Below, piece by piece: positions 8,666 to 17,535 of a stretch of DNA of 39,444 bases. Within the stretch, counting starts at the first letter, position 1; every line of letters begins with the position of its first letter. Location: positions 1 to 39,444 of the forward strand of contig JAGMCY010000150.1 in assembly GCA_023128965.1 (NCBI GenBank), read 5' to 3'. This DNA is from Candidatus Aenigmatarchaeota archaeon. GTDB taxonomy: Archaea; Aenigmatarchaeota; Aenigmatarchaeia; QMZP01; QMZT01. The position numbers and the translations under genes were made by a program. Under the pieces are notes generated by a model. The model had not been told where the DNA came from, searched no databases, and saw nothing but the letters and a program-made list of their open reading frames with translations.

Positions 8666-10363
8666 TTAGTCGATAACCTTGAGTCCGGTGTACGATTCCG
8701 TAACCTTCTTTGCCGTTTTAGCTTTCGTCTTGTATGGAGGAACATCCTTCTCAACCCATTCCATGACTATCGGTGGCTCTTTGTGGTAGAGGTTGATCAG
8801 TTTCCCGACTTCATCGAAATTGGTCACGCCGAATTTCTTCATCCACTTCAGAATACTCGCGCGCGTTTTCAGCTCTTTTACTATCTCATCATACGTCACG
8901 CCCTTGTCAAACGCTATTTTCTTCAAGAGATAGGATTCCTCCAGATTCTCAGAAAATGTGTCCGTCGAGGGGGTCCAGTCAAATATCTTTATGTTGTGTG
9001 CCGTCCCTGATTTGGGGTCTATGGATTCTATCTCATCTATCTCTTTCACCCTCCTTGCAGATTTACCCCTTTCCCTTGCATGGACCATTACCACGACGAG
9101 GTCAAGGGTTTCGATAAGCGTAGGCGAAAGCTCAATCGGGGGCGTTTCGAGTCGTTTGATAACATCTTCTATAGATCCCGCGTGTATGGTTCCTAAAGAT
9201 GAATGACCGCTTGCCATTCCCTGGAACATAACGTACGCTTCCTCTCCCCTCACCTCGCCTACTATCACGTAATCCGGGTTCTGTCTGAACGATTCCTTGA
9301 GCAATTCGAATAACGTGACCTCACCGTATCTTTTGCCTCCAATTTCAGGAACGCCAAAACCAATCCTCGACACGCTTGGTATCCAGTTCTCATGGGGGAG
9401 ATTGAGTTCGCGTGTATCCTCGATCGAGACTATCTTGTCTTCGGGCGGGATGAACATGCTCATGACGTTCAAAAATGTCGTCTTGCCCGTAGAAACCCCC
9501 CCGCATATGAGCGTTGAAGTTCTTGCTTCTACCATCAACCAAAGGTATGCCATCAGATTTGGGGAAGCGGTATTGAAATTCAAGACATCGATCGGTGAGA
9601 ACGGTTCCACGCGAAATTTACGGATGGAAAACGTCGGGCCTTTTGTGGTGACGTCTTTCGCAAGCGTAGCCTGCACCCTCGAGCCGTCCGGGAGCGAACC
9701 GTCAAGCAAAGGTTTCGCGTAGGATATGTATCTCCCACAACGTTCGGCAAGCTTTATCACAAAATTGTTCAGATACCCGCTGTCCTTGAACATTATGTCG
9801 GTTTCGACAGACCCGAATTTTCTGTGGACCACAAAAATTGGAATACCCAATCCCGGACAGCCTATATCCTCTATGTAGGGGTCGTGTAACAAACCCTCGA
9901 TCTCATTGAAACCCACGAAATCCCTGTAAATGAAATAAGTTATCTTGACATATGTTTCTGTGTGCAATATCAAATTCTCATCCTCCAGTATTTTCTGCAG
10001 TTTTTCCTGTATGTATTCGAAAACCTTACCCTTTGCTCTAACAGCTGATAATTCAACATCTATTATCTCGAGCAAATCCTTCTTGATGGTTTCGAGGACA
10101 TCCCTTTCCTTTTTTGAAAGATCCGGTTCTATCACACGGTAAACCAGACTTTTTTTCTCAGGGTTCCATTTTATATGGGCATAAACGAAGGGCTCTAGAA
10201 GTGGATACTTGATATCGATTTTTGTCGGTTTTTTAAGCGAAGGGAAGATTATGAGATGTTTGGGTTCTTTGATTTTGACGGTTGGATATTTTACCTTGCC
10301 GATCTCCCTGATCCTGTCTATCTTCTTCCTTAATGCCCCCTTCAAACCCATTTCAAACACCAT
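8666..10363 (-). CDS. type IV filament / secretion ATPase (GspE-VirB11 superfamily, archaeal PilB/FlaI-like), copy 1
   Basis: Walker A CGGVSTGKTTFLNVM, followed by IVSIEDTRELNLPHENWI, Walker B-like YVIVGEVRGEEA and GHSSLGTIHAG. Its start overlaps the eS26 stop (TAATG). Confidence 0.85.
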   Translation of the reverse strand: MVFEMGLKGALRKKIDRIREIGKVKYPTVKIKEPKHLIIFPSLKKPTKIDIKYPLLEPFVYAHIKWNPEKKSLVYRVIEPDLSKKERDVLETIKKDLLEIIDVELSAVRAKGKVFEYIQEKLQKILEDENLILHTETYVKITYFIYRDFVGFNEIEGLLHDPYIEDIGCPGLGIPIFVVHRKFGSVETDIMFKDSGYLNNFVIKLAERCGRYISYAKPLLDGSLPDGSRVQATLAKDVTTKGPTFSIRKFRVEPFSPIDVLNFNTASPNLMAYLWLMVEARTSTLICGGVSTGKTTFLNVMSMFIPPEDKIVSIEDTRELNLPHENWIPSVSRIGFGVPEIGGKRYGEVTLFELLKESFRQNPDYVIVGEVRGEEAYVMFQGMASGHSSLGTIHAGSIEDVIKRLETPPIELSPTLIETLDLVVVMVHARERGKSARRVKEIDEIESIDPKSGTAHNIKIFDWTPSTDTFSENLEESYLLKKIAFDKGVTYDEIVKELKTRASILKWMKKFGVTNFDEVGKLINLYHKEPPIVMEWVEKDVPPYKTKAKTAKKVTESYTGLKVID

Positions 10364-10626
10364 TATCTTTTCTTTTTAACTATCTTTCTATGCCTGGCGC
10401 ACGCGGGACATGCATAAATTTTCGTTGAGGATAATGAAAAGCTTCCCCTTCCGAGTTCCCTCCTGAGAGAAGGATCTGATATTGAGAAACCTCTGTACAC
10501 AGCGAAGGTTTTGTACTTCGGAACCCTCTTTCCACAGAAACCACACGTAACCAAGGTTTCCTTCCCCCTGCTCTTCGTATGATGCCAACCCCTTTTATAA
10601 AGCCGTTTTCCAGTCATCCGTCTCAC
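10363..10626 (-). CDS. rps26e: ribosomal protein eS26
   Basis: The zinc-ribbon layout and motifs match eS26: RGKETLVTCGFCGKRVPKYK ... KIYACPACARHRKIV (compare eukaryotic CTNCARCVPKDK ... YCVSCAIHSKVV). The start may be the internal Met (MTGKR). Confidence 0.75.
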   Translation of the reverse strand: MRRMTGKRLYKRGWHHTKSRGKETLVTCGFCGKRVPKYKTFAVYRGFSISDPSLRRELGRGSFSLSSTKIYACPACARHRKIVKKKR

Positions 10627-10710
10627 AAATACAATTTATATTTGGATGAGTTTCTATATAAGAAAAATCAATTTAAATATCAGTACATCATACCTATATG
10701 AGTGGTTGAG

Positions 10711-12117
10711 ATGAAGGAAAAAATGAAAAAATTAAATGACTTCGAGTGGTATCTGCCCAAGGGCGTCCGGGAAAAAATGAATGTCGGAGCCAAGATAATA
10801 GCTAACAAGATAATTGTTGACCAGGTTGAAGATGCAGCTGTAGAGCAGTTAACGAATGTGGCTTGCTTACCTGGTATTATAGAACCAGTTGTAGGGCTCG
10901 CAGATATGCACTGGGGTTATGGTTTGCCAATGGGATCTGTCATGGCATTTGATCCCGAGGAGGGAGTTATAAGTAGCGGATGTACGGGATTTGATATCAA
11001 TTGCGGTGTCAATTCAATAAGAACCAATCTAACTTATGATGAAGTTAAAGATAAACTAAAAGAACTTGTTCCTGCTTTATTTAGTGCTATTCCATGCGGT
11101 GTTGGTTCCAAAGGAAAACTTAAATTAACGCCAGAGCAATTAAATGAGGTTTTAACTAAGGGTGTGAATTGGGCTGTAGAAAATGGTTATGGAACGAAGG
11201 ACGATATTGAGCATACAGAGGAAAGGGGATGCATGGAAGGGGCTGATCCAAACAAAGTTTCTGATTTAGCAAAGAAAAGGGGGTTGCAACAACTCGGAAC
11301 ACTCGGGGCCGGAAATCATTTTCTTGAGATACAAAAGGTTTCGGATATATTTGACAAAGAGTTTGCAAAAAAACTTGGCATTAATGATGTTAATCAGGTT
11401 TTGATAATGCTTCATTGTGGCTCCCGGGGTCTCGGCCACCAAGTTGCTTCTGATTACTTAAAAATACATGAGCAGGCAGTTAAAAAATATAATATTTGGT
11501 TACCAGACAAACAACTGGTCGGGGCACCGGCCAATTCAAAAGAAGGACAAGATTATTTTGCGGCTATGAAATGTGCAGTTAACTACTCTTTTACAAATAG
11601 ACTGGTGATGACACAGTGGATAAGGGAAACCTTTGAAAGGGTTTTTAGGAAGGATTGGGAGAGTATGGATATGCATGCCATCTATGCTATTGCTCATAAT
11701 ATTACAAAAAAAGAAGAGCACACAATTGATGGTAAAAAGAAAGAAATATATGTAACACGTAAAGGTGCTACGAGGGCCTTTCCTGATATCCCTGCATTAA
11801 TTGCGGGAACAATGGGAACTGCCTCTTACATATGCAAGGGAACAGAGGTTGCAATGCAAAAAACATTTGGCTCAACTGTTCATGGTGCAGGCAGAGCGAT
11901 GTCAAGGCACGCAGCCATCCGAAAATTTTGGGGCGGGAAAGTCAAGGAAGACCTCGCGAATAAGGGGATTGTTGCCCAGTCAACTCACCCTAAGGTTCTT
12001 GCAGAAGAAGCCCCGGGCGCGTACAAAAACGTGGATGACGTGATAGAGAGTGTTCACGGAGCAGGGATTTCACTTAAGGTCGTTCGTGTAGTTCCTATCG
12101 GATGCTGCAAAGGATAA
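10711..12117 (+). CDS. rtcB: RNA-splicing ligase RtcB (3'-phosphate/5'-OH ligase)
   Basis: Conserved metal and GMP-His motifs: DMHWGYGLPMG, GFDINCGV, GAGNHFLEIQ, HCGSRGLGHQ, HGAGR. No intein is present. ATG is at 10711; the track gives GTG at 10702. Confidence 0.95.
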   Translation: MKEKMKKLNDFEWYLPKGVREKMNVGAKIIANKIIVDQVEDAAVEQLTNVACLPGIIEPVVGLADMHWGYGLPMGSVMAFDPEEGVISSGCTGFDINCGVNSIRTNLTYDEVKDKLKELVPALFSAIPCGVGSKGKLKLTPEQLNEVLTKGVNWAVENGYGTKDDIEHTEERGCMEGADPNKVSDLAKKRGLQQLGTLGAGNHFLEIQKVSDIFDKEFAKKLGINDVNQVLIMLHCGSRGLGHQVASDYLKIHEQAVKKYNIWLPDKQLVGAPANSKEGQDYFAAMKCAVNYSFTNRLVMTQWIRETFERVFRKDWESMDMHAIYAIAHNITKKEEHTIDGKKKEIYVTRKGATRAFPDIPALIAGTMGTASYICKGTEVAMQKTFGSTVHGAGRAMSRHAAIRKFWGGKVKEDLANKGIVAQSTHPKVLAEEAPGAYKNVDDVIESVHGAGISLKVVRVVPIGCCKG

Positions 12118-12129
12118 AAGCGAAAGAAT

Positions 12130-12540
12130 TTATATGTCCAGACTGACAGTCACCTTATACCCTTTCTCTCTCTTTTCGAGGTTGAATTTGTAGTAAGTGA
12201 CGGCCTTCACGAGCGTTCCTCCTTTTTTCGGGTCCGCTTCTTCCCCGTGACATACAATTTTCAAATGCATATTCCCGATTTCTTTCACCTCGAACTTCGA
12301 AAGAAAAAGATTATCCACGTCGACGACTTCTATGAGCTTCTGAAGCCAGTTGAACATGAGGTCCTTCGTATCCTCCCCTGAGACCTTGATCTCTTTTTCA
12401 ATTTTAGGTTCGATCTTTTCAATTTGGCATATCACGCTGAAGAGCGCATAGGCTGCATTTTCAAACAATTCGTCCAAACCCTTCCCGTATGCCTCGAAAA
12501 CCACATCTGAGGTCAGGTCATCGATGAACCTGTATTTCAT
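12130..12540 (-). CDS. archease (RtcB activator)
   Basis: MKYRFIDDLTSDVVFEAYGKGLDELFENAAYAL ... VKAVTYYKF is the archease pattern. It is convergent with rtcB, 12 nt apart. Confidence 0.85.
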   Translation of the reverse strand: MKYRFIDDLTSDVVFEAYGKGLDELFENAAYALFSVICQIEKIEPKIEKEIKVSGEDTKDLMFNWLQKLIEVVDVDNLFLSKFEVKEIGNMHLKIVCHGEEADPKKGGTLVKAVTYYKFNLEKREKGYKVTVSLDI

Positions 12541-12591
12541 AAAAAAGTATTAGTATTACCCAAAATAAAAGTTAACGAGGGAATTGGGAGA

Positions 12592-13029
12592 TCAGAAAGC
12601 CCTGAACCCCAAACCCTGTATGTCATACCTGCCTACCATATCCTGAGCTCCCCTGCACTGCAATGACTGGACTATAACCTGCTCCAATGTATCATCTGTT
12701 GCCAGTGTCACGGTTTTTATGTCCTGGTAAGATATGTTCATGGATTCGAACTTGGTCGAGGTTATCGATTGGTTCTGATACAAGAGTCTCACGGCAAAAC
12801 CACTAAGAGGAACGTCGCCTGTATTGAACAGGGCAAGCGTTAGTTGATTGCTCGCGTTTTCGAAATACGCCCTCTGTATGAGAAGCTGAGCTCTTGCACA
12901 GAACTGAAGTTCTGAACGGCTCTGAGTTACGAATTGCGTGGCCCAACCAGCTAGAATCCCTGCCACGATCATGGTGAATGCTATCAACATTATGACCGCA
13001 ATCAGGGGAGATATACCCTTTCTCATCAT
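12592..13029 (-). CDS. archaeal type IV pilin-like protein (class III signal peptide)
   Basis: N-terminus MMRKGISPLIAVIMLIAFTMIVAGILAGW: K-G-I-S-P-(L/V)-I-A followed by a hydrophobic helix, the archaeal pilin/archaellin N-terminal domain. Confidence 0.8.
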   Translation of the reverse strand: MMRKGISPLIAVIMLIAFTMIVAGILAGWATQFVTQSRSELQFCARAQLLIQRAYFENASNQLTLALFNTGDVPLSGFAVRLLYQNQSITSTKFESMNISYQDIKTVTLATDDTLEQVIVQSLQCRGAQDMVGRYDIQGLGFRAF

Positions 13030-13033
13030 TAAA

Positions 13034-13513
13034 TCACTCCTTTGTTATAGTCAAGGTTTCGGCTGAAAATGTCGGGCATGCTTTATTCAGGATTTTTATC
13101 TGATCAGCTGTGTTTCCGAGATTCGAATGAAAACCGCCGGCTATGTCTATTATTATAACAGCAGATCTTTGCTCTCCCAGCGGATTCGTTTCGGTTATAT
13201 TAGGGCTTATCCTTAACTTGGGGTCAGTTGAATTGTAAACGTAAACATCTGTCCCGTTTAACACCTGTACGCTGAACCCGTACAACCCAACACTCCCAAG
13301 GTTCGTCAACACCAGCGTGATTTCGTTTGCGGACGAGCGGAAGGTTGCTGAATCAATCCTGTAATTCGTGCTGGTCACGCACGCGCTGCTCGCTTGGGTT
13401 GTTCTTGAACTCACCCAATGGGTTATCCACGAGGATATCATCACCCCAACCGAAACGCTTATTGCTATCAGCAAAACAGCGGCTATCACTGGAGATATCC
13501 CTTTCATGCCCAT
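13034..13513 (-). CDS. archaeal type IV pilin-like protein (class III signal peptide)
   Basis: N-terminus MGMKGISPVIAAVLLIAISVSVGVMISSW. It sits in tandem with the downstream pilin gene, 4 nt away. Confidence 0.8.
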   Translation of the reverse strand: MGMKGISPVIAAVLLIAISVSVGVMISSWITHWVSSRTTQASSACVTSTNYRIDSATFRSSANEITLVLTNLGSVGLYGFSVQVLNGTDVYVYNSTDPKLRISPNITETNPLGEQRSAVIIIDIAGGFHSNLGNTADQIKILNKACPTFSAETLTITKE

Positions 13514-13553
13514 ATATTATATATAAGTTTGGTTGGGTTAATATATATTTTTA

Positions 13554-13572
13554 AATAAAGCTTAGCTTTATT
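13554..13572. promoter_or_regulatory. 19-bp perfect palindrome in the divergent pilin/PPDK promoter region
   Basis: AATAAAGCT-T-AGCTTTATT lies between an A/T-rich TATA-like stretch (13541-13557) and the PPDK start (13586/13598). Confidence 0.35.
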
Positions 13573-13585
13573 CATATGGGGGAAT

Positions 13586-16500
13586 ATGCGGGAAAAAATG
13601 GTTTTCTTTTTCGGGGAGAGGGGCAAAGAGAGCAAATACCTTTTGGGAGGAAAGGGAGCGAATCTAGGCGAAATGACGAGGATGGGGTTGCCCGTCCCGC
13701 CCGGCTTCACGATATCAACAAAGGTTTGTATGAATTTCATAAGGACAAAAAAATACCCTAAAAGACTGGAAAAAGAAATTAATTCAAACCTTGATAAGCT
13801 TGAAAGGAAAATAGGAAGGAAATTCGGCGATGAAAGGAACCCGTTGCTTTTGTCCGTAAGGTCAGGCGCCCCCGTCTCGATGCCCGGAATGATGGACACC
13901 ATTTTAAATCTCGGTCTTAATGAGAAAACGGTAAAAGGCATTGAAAGAGAAAGCGGGGATTCGAGGTTCGTATGGGATTCCTACAGAAGGTTCATCCAGA
14001 TGTTCGGAAATGTGGTTCTCGGGGTGGAGCATGAGAAATTCGAAAAAATCCTTGACAAACACAAAAAGGGCAGGAAGGATACAGATCTGAAACCTGAGGA
14101 ATTGAAGAGGATAGTTGATGAGTATAAAAAACTCGTGAAAAAAGAAACGGGTAAAGATTTTTCTGGCAACCCAAAGAAACAACTGAAGATGTCGATAGAC
14201 GCGGTATTCAGTTCCTGGGACAACAAGCGCGCGAGGATTTACAGGAAGATTCACGGCATACCGGATGATGTTGGGACCGCGGTTAATGTTCAAGCCATGG
14301 TTTTCGGGAATCTTGGATGGGATTCAGGGACAGGGGTCGGTTTCACGAGGAATCCTGCAACCGGCGAAAAAAAACCCTACGGAGAATACCTCATGAACGC
14401 ACAGGGGGAAGACGTCGTCGCCGGGATAAGAACGCCAAAACCCATAGAAGAACTGAAAAAAGACCTCCCCAAGGTTTACAATGAACTCATAAAGGTCTAC
14501 AAACTCCTTGACAGACATTACAAGGACATGCAGGATTTCGAGTTCACGATAGAGAAGGAAAGACTCTTCGTTCTCCAGACGAGGACAGGAAAACGAACGG
14601 CACAGGCTGCGGTGAAGATAGCAGTGGATTTGGTCAGGGGGAGACTGTTAACAAAGGAAGAGGCGATAATGAGGGTGGATCCTCAACAACTCGACCATCT
14701 GCTCCACAAACAGCTCGATCCCAAGGCAAAGGAAAAGGCGAAAGTGATAGCGAAAGGTTTGCCAGCTTCGCCCGGAGCAGGCGTGGGCATCGCCTCTTTC
14801 TCGGCTGACAGGGCGGAAGAACTCGCCTCCGAGGGAAAGAACGTGATACTCGTTAGGGCTGAAACATCTCCGGAAGACATAGGGGGCATGTCCGTCTCGA
14901 AAGGCATATTAACTGCGAGAGGTGGCATGACATGCATTGCTGGTGATAGCATGGTTTTAACAAATAAAGGCTTCCTCTTTGCCGAGCACGCATTCGAGCT
15001 GATAGAAGGTGGTGACAATATCCTCATATTATCCCATGATACAAAATCAGGTAGGTCAAAATGGAAACGTATAATCGCTGCGGGTAGGAGGCTCTCCGAT
15101 GTTATTGAAGTATCTGTTTCCCAGACGGGGAGAGCAATGAAAAACACTATAAAAATAACACCAGACCACAAGATGCTCACCTTTAGAAACCGAAATTTGA
15201 TAAAGAAACCCGTTTCATCCCTCCTCGAAAACAACGAATTCGTAACGATTGTGGACAAGATACCGTTTGTGAATCTGTCAAAACAAAATGAAAAATTGGC
15301 ATATCTTGCTGGGGCCATCTTCACCGATGGGTACATAAACCTGAAGAAAACAAAGGGTTCTGTTACATTTACACAAAAAGAGACAGAAGAAAAAGCAGAG
15401 TTCATATCAACTGTCAGGAACTATTTTAATGAGGTTTTTAACAAAGATTTCAACATAATACGGACAAAGACATCAAACAGTTACATTGGGAATAGACTTT
15501 TACAGGGTGAAGCACTTGACATGATATGCACGAGTATGAGGCCGGCGGTTGTATTGACGCACATAAGCCAGAATATTGTACAATGGATATTGGGACTTGA
15601 TGAAGAATCAACACTGAACTTCCTTGCCGGAGTTATAGACGGCGATGGTTCTTTAAGCAATGGCAGACTCCAGATATACGCTTCAAAGGAAAATGTGCAA
15701 CAGGGAATTGTCGTGGCGTGCCTGAAATTGGGCATCGTGCCCCAGGTAACTTTCAACAGGAATATATACAACATCCAAATTGTGGAGAACGTAGAAAGGT
15801 TGCTAAGATACACAAAAAGGGTGAAAGGAAATGCCAATGGAAAGAAATACGGTAGCAAGTTGTTTTCCATCAAACAGCTTTTTGGTGATATAGCAGAAGA
15901 TGTAAACTTCATGGGAAGGGTAAAAGAAGCAATAAAGAGAAACCTTTTGTTTGATTCAAAGAAGATAGCAAGAGACATACTACCATTGTGTAAGTCCACA
16001 GAAAAAGCCCAAGTTTCCAGTATACTGAATTCAGATCTACGTATGTACAGAGTAAGTAAGGTCGCTGATTTGGGCAAGGCATGGGTATACAACTTTGAGG
16101 TTGATTCCAAGAGTGAAATGGACAAAAACTTCGTTGTTTTCACAAAAATGTACACACCACTTCTAGTCTCAAATTCACATGCCGCAGTCGTTGCGAGGGG
16201 GATGGGCAAATGCTGCGTTGCTGGGTGCAACGACATAGCGATAAATGAGAAAAAGAGGATGTTCAGGGTTTCTGGTGTTACAGTTAAAGAAGGAGATTGG
16301 ATTACCCTTGATGGAGGAACAGGAGAAGTTATAGTTGGTAAAATCTCCGTTGTAGACCCCGAACTGAAGGGGGAATTCAAAACCCTTATGAAATGGGTTG
16401 ACGAATTCAGGAAGCTTGGTGTGAGAACGAATTCAGACACGCCAAATGACGCGAAAAGGTCAAGGGATTTCGGGGTGGAAGGCATCGGCTTAGCGAGAAC

Positions 16501-17437
16501 GGAGCACATGTTTTTTGAAGGGGACAGGATAGATGCTGTCAGGGAGATGATACTGGCCGAGGATGAAAAGGGGAGGAGGAAGGCTTTGAAAAAACTCCTG
16601 CCGATGCAGATGAATGATTTCGTTCAGATATTCAGGGAGATGAACGGTCTGCCCGTTACCATACGCCTGCTTGACCCACCGTTACATGAATTTCTCCCCA
16701 AGGAAGACGATGAAATAAGGGAGCTGGCGAAGGACATGAAGATAACTTTTGAAGAACTCAAGGAAAATGTCGAGTCTTTGAGCGAATTCAACCCCATGCT
16801 CGGATTCAGAGGATGCAGATTAGGGGTTGTATACCCCGAGATAAGCGAGATGCAGGTGGAAGCGATAATAAGGGCTGCGATAAAGGTCAACAGGAACGGC
16901 GGGAGGGCTTTACCTGAGATAGAGATACCAGTTTTGGGCAGCATTGAAGAGGCGAAGGTGATGAGGGGAACCATTGACAAGGTTGCGAAGGGTTTGATCA
17001 GAAAATCAGGGGTTAACGTTAAATACAAAGTTGGAACAATGATAGAACTGCCAAGGGCATGCATGGTAGCGGGTAAGCTCGCGAAGGTTATGGATTTCTT
17101 CTCGTTCGGAACGAACGATTTAACACAGACTGTTTACGGTTTCTCTAGGGATGATGCAGGAAGTTTCATCCCGAAATACATAGAGAAAGGCGTCTTGAAG
17201 GAAGATCCTTTTCAGGTACTCGACAGAGAGGGTGTGGGCTCGCTAATGAAGATATGCGTTAAATCCATCAGGAAGGTAAACCCTGAAATGGAGATAGGGA
17301 TTTGCGGTGAACACGGGGGCGAGCCAAATTCAGTCGAATTTTGCCATAAAATAGGACTAGACTATGTTTCCTGTTCCCCTTTCCGCGTTCCGATTGCTCG
17401 CCTTGCGGCAGCGCAGGCAAAGATAAAGCACGGATAA
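13586..17437 (+). CDS. ppdK: pyruvate, phosphate dikinase precursor interrupted by an intein (exteins 13586-14932 and 16175-17437)
   Basis: N-terminus ...YLLGGKGANLGEMTRMGLPVPPGFTIST. The PEP-utilizing motif is split as ...TARGGMT | intein | SHAAVVARGMGK. The C-terminal TIM-barrel motifs are GIGLARTEHMF and FFSFGTNDLTQ. Extein total is 869 aa, the normal PPDK size. An alternative start is ATG 13598. Confidence 0.9.
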   Translation: MREKMVFFFGERGKESKYLLGGKGANLGEMTRMGLPVPPGFTISTKVCMNFIRTKKYPKRLEKEINSNLDKLERKIGRKFGDERNPLLLSVRSGAPVSMPGMMDTILNLGLNEKTVKGIERESGDSRFVWDSYRRFIQMFGNVVLGVEHEKFEKILDKHKKGRKDTDLKPEELKRIVDEYKKLVKKETGKDFSGNPKKQLKMSIDAVFSSWDNKRARIYRKIHGIPDDVGTAVNVQAMVFGNLGWDSGTGVGFTRNPATGEKKPYGEYLMNAQGEDVVAGIRTPKPIEELKKDLPKVYNELIKVYKLLDRHYKDMQDFEFTIEKERLFVLQTRTGKRTAQAAVKIAVDLVRGRLLTKEEAIMRVDPQQLDHLLHKQLDPKAKEKAKVIAKGLPASPGAGVGIASFSADRAEELASEGKNVILVRAETSPEDIGGMSVSKGILTARGGMTCIAGDSMVLTNKGFLFAEHAFELIEGGDNILILSHDTKSGRSKWKRIIAAGRRLSDVIEVSVSQTGRAMKNTIKITPDHKMLTFRNRNLIKKPVSSLLENNEFVTIVDKIPFVNLSKQNEKLAYLAGAIFTDGYINLKKTKGSVTFTQKETEEKAEFISTVRNYFNEVFNKDFNIIRTKTSNSYIGNRLLQGEALDMICTSMRPAVVLTHISQNIVQWILGLDEESTLNFLAGVIDGDGSLSNGRLQIYASKENVQQGIVVACLKLGIVPQVTFNRNIYNIQIVENVERLLRYTKRVKGNANGKKYGSKLFSIKQLFGDIAEDVNFMGRVKEAIKRNLLFDSKKIARDILPLCKSTEKAQVSSILNSDLRMYRVSKVADLGKAWVYNFEVDSKSEMDKNFVVFTKMYTPLLVSNSHAAVVARGMGKCCVAGCNDIAINEKKRMFRVSGVTVKEGDWITLDGGTGEVIVGKISVVDPELKGEFKTLMKWVDEFRKLGVRTNSDTPNDAKRSRDFGVEGIGLARTEHMFFEGDRIDAVREMILAEDEKGRRKALKKLLPMQMNDFVQIFREMNGLPVTIRLLDPPLHEFLPKEDDEIRELAKDMKITFEELKENVESLSEFNPMLGFRGCRLGVVYPEISEMQVEAIIRAAIKVNRNGGRALPEIEIPVLGSIEEAKVMRGTIDKVAKGLIRKSGVNVKYKVGTMIELPRACMVAGKLAKVMDFFSFGTNDLTQTVYGFSRDDAGSFIPKYIEKGVLKEDPFQVLDREGVGSLMKICVKSIRKVNPEMEIGICGEHGGEPNSVEFCHKIGLDYVSCSPFRVPIARLAAAQAKIKHG
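14933..16174 (+). mobile_element. intein (414 aa) with LAGLIDADG homing-endonuclease domain, inserted in PPDK
   Basis: Starts with Cys (CIAGDSMVLT, block A) and has a block B-like KITPDHKML. Two LAGLIDADG motifs are present: LAYLAGAIFTDGYI and LNFLAGVIDGDGSL. Block F/G reads VYNFEV ... NFVVF...LLVSN, followed by +1 Ser of the SHAAVVARG extein. Confidence 0.85.
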
Positions 17438-17535
17438 CATAATAATGGAACGCACCTATCGAAAATATATATTCGAGCGAAGGAATATTTAAAAATCTTG
17501 TTAAACCATTATAATTGGAAATAAACGGGATTCGC

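Noticed and set aside
12742-12751. GGATTCGAAC string that resembles a T-arm of a minus-strand tRNA
   Set aside because: It lies inside the pilin CDS. The flanks cannot form a T-stem, acceptor stem or D-arm.
14683-16509. Long antisense ORFs (240 aa at 14683-15405 and 342 aa at 15481-16509, minus strand) opposite the PPDK/intein region
   Set aside because: They lie entirely antisense to a CDS with strong motif support. Their translations are low-complexity (Ser/Phe/Leu-rich) with no recognisable motifs, and they have no independent start context. They are treated as frame artefacts.
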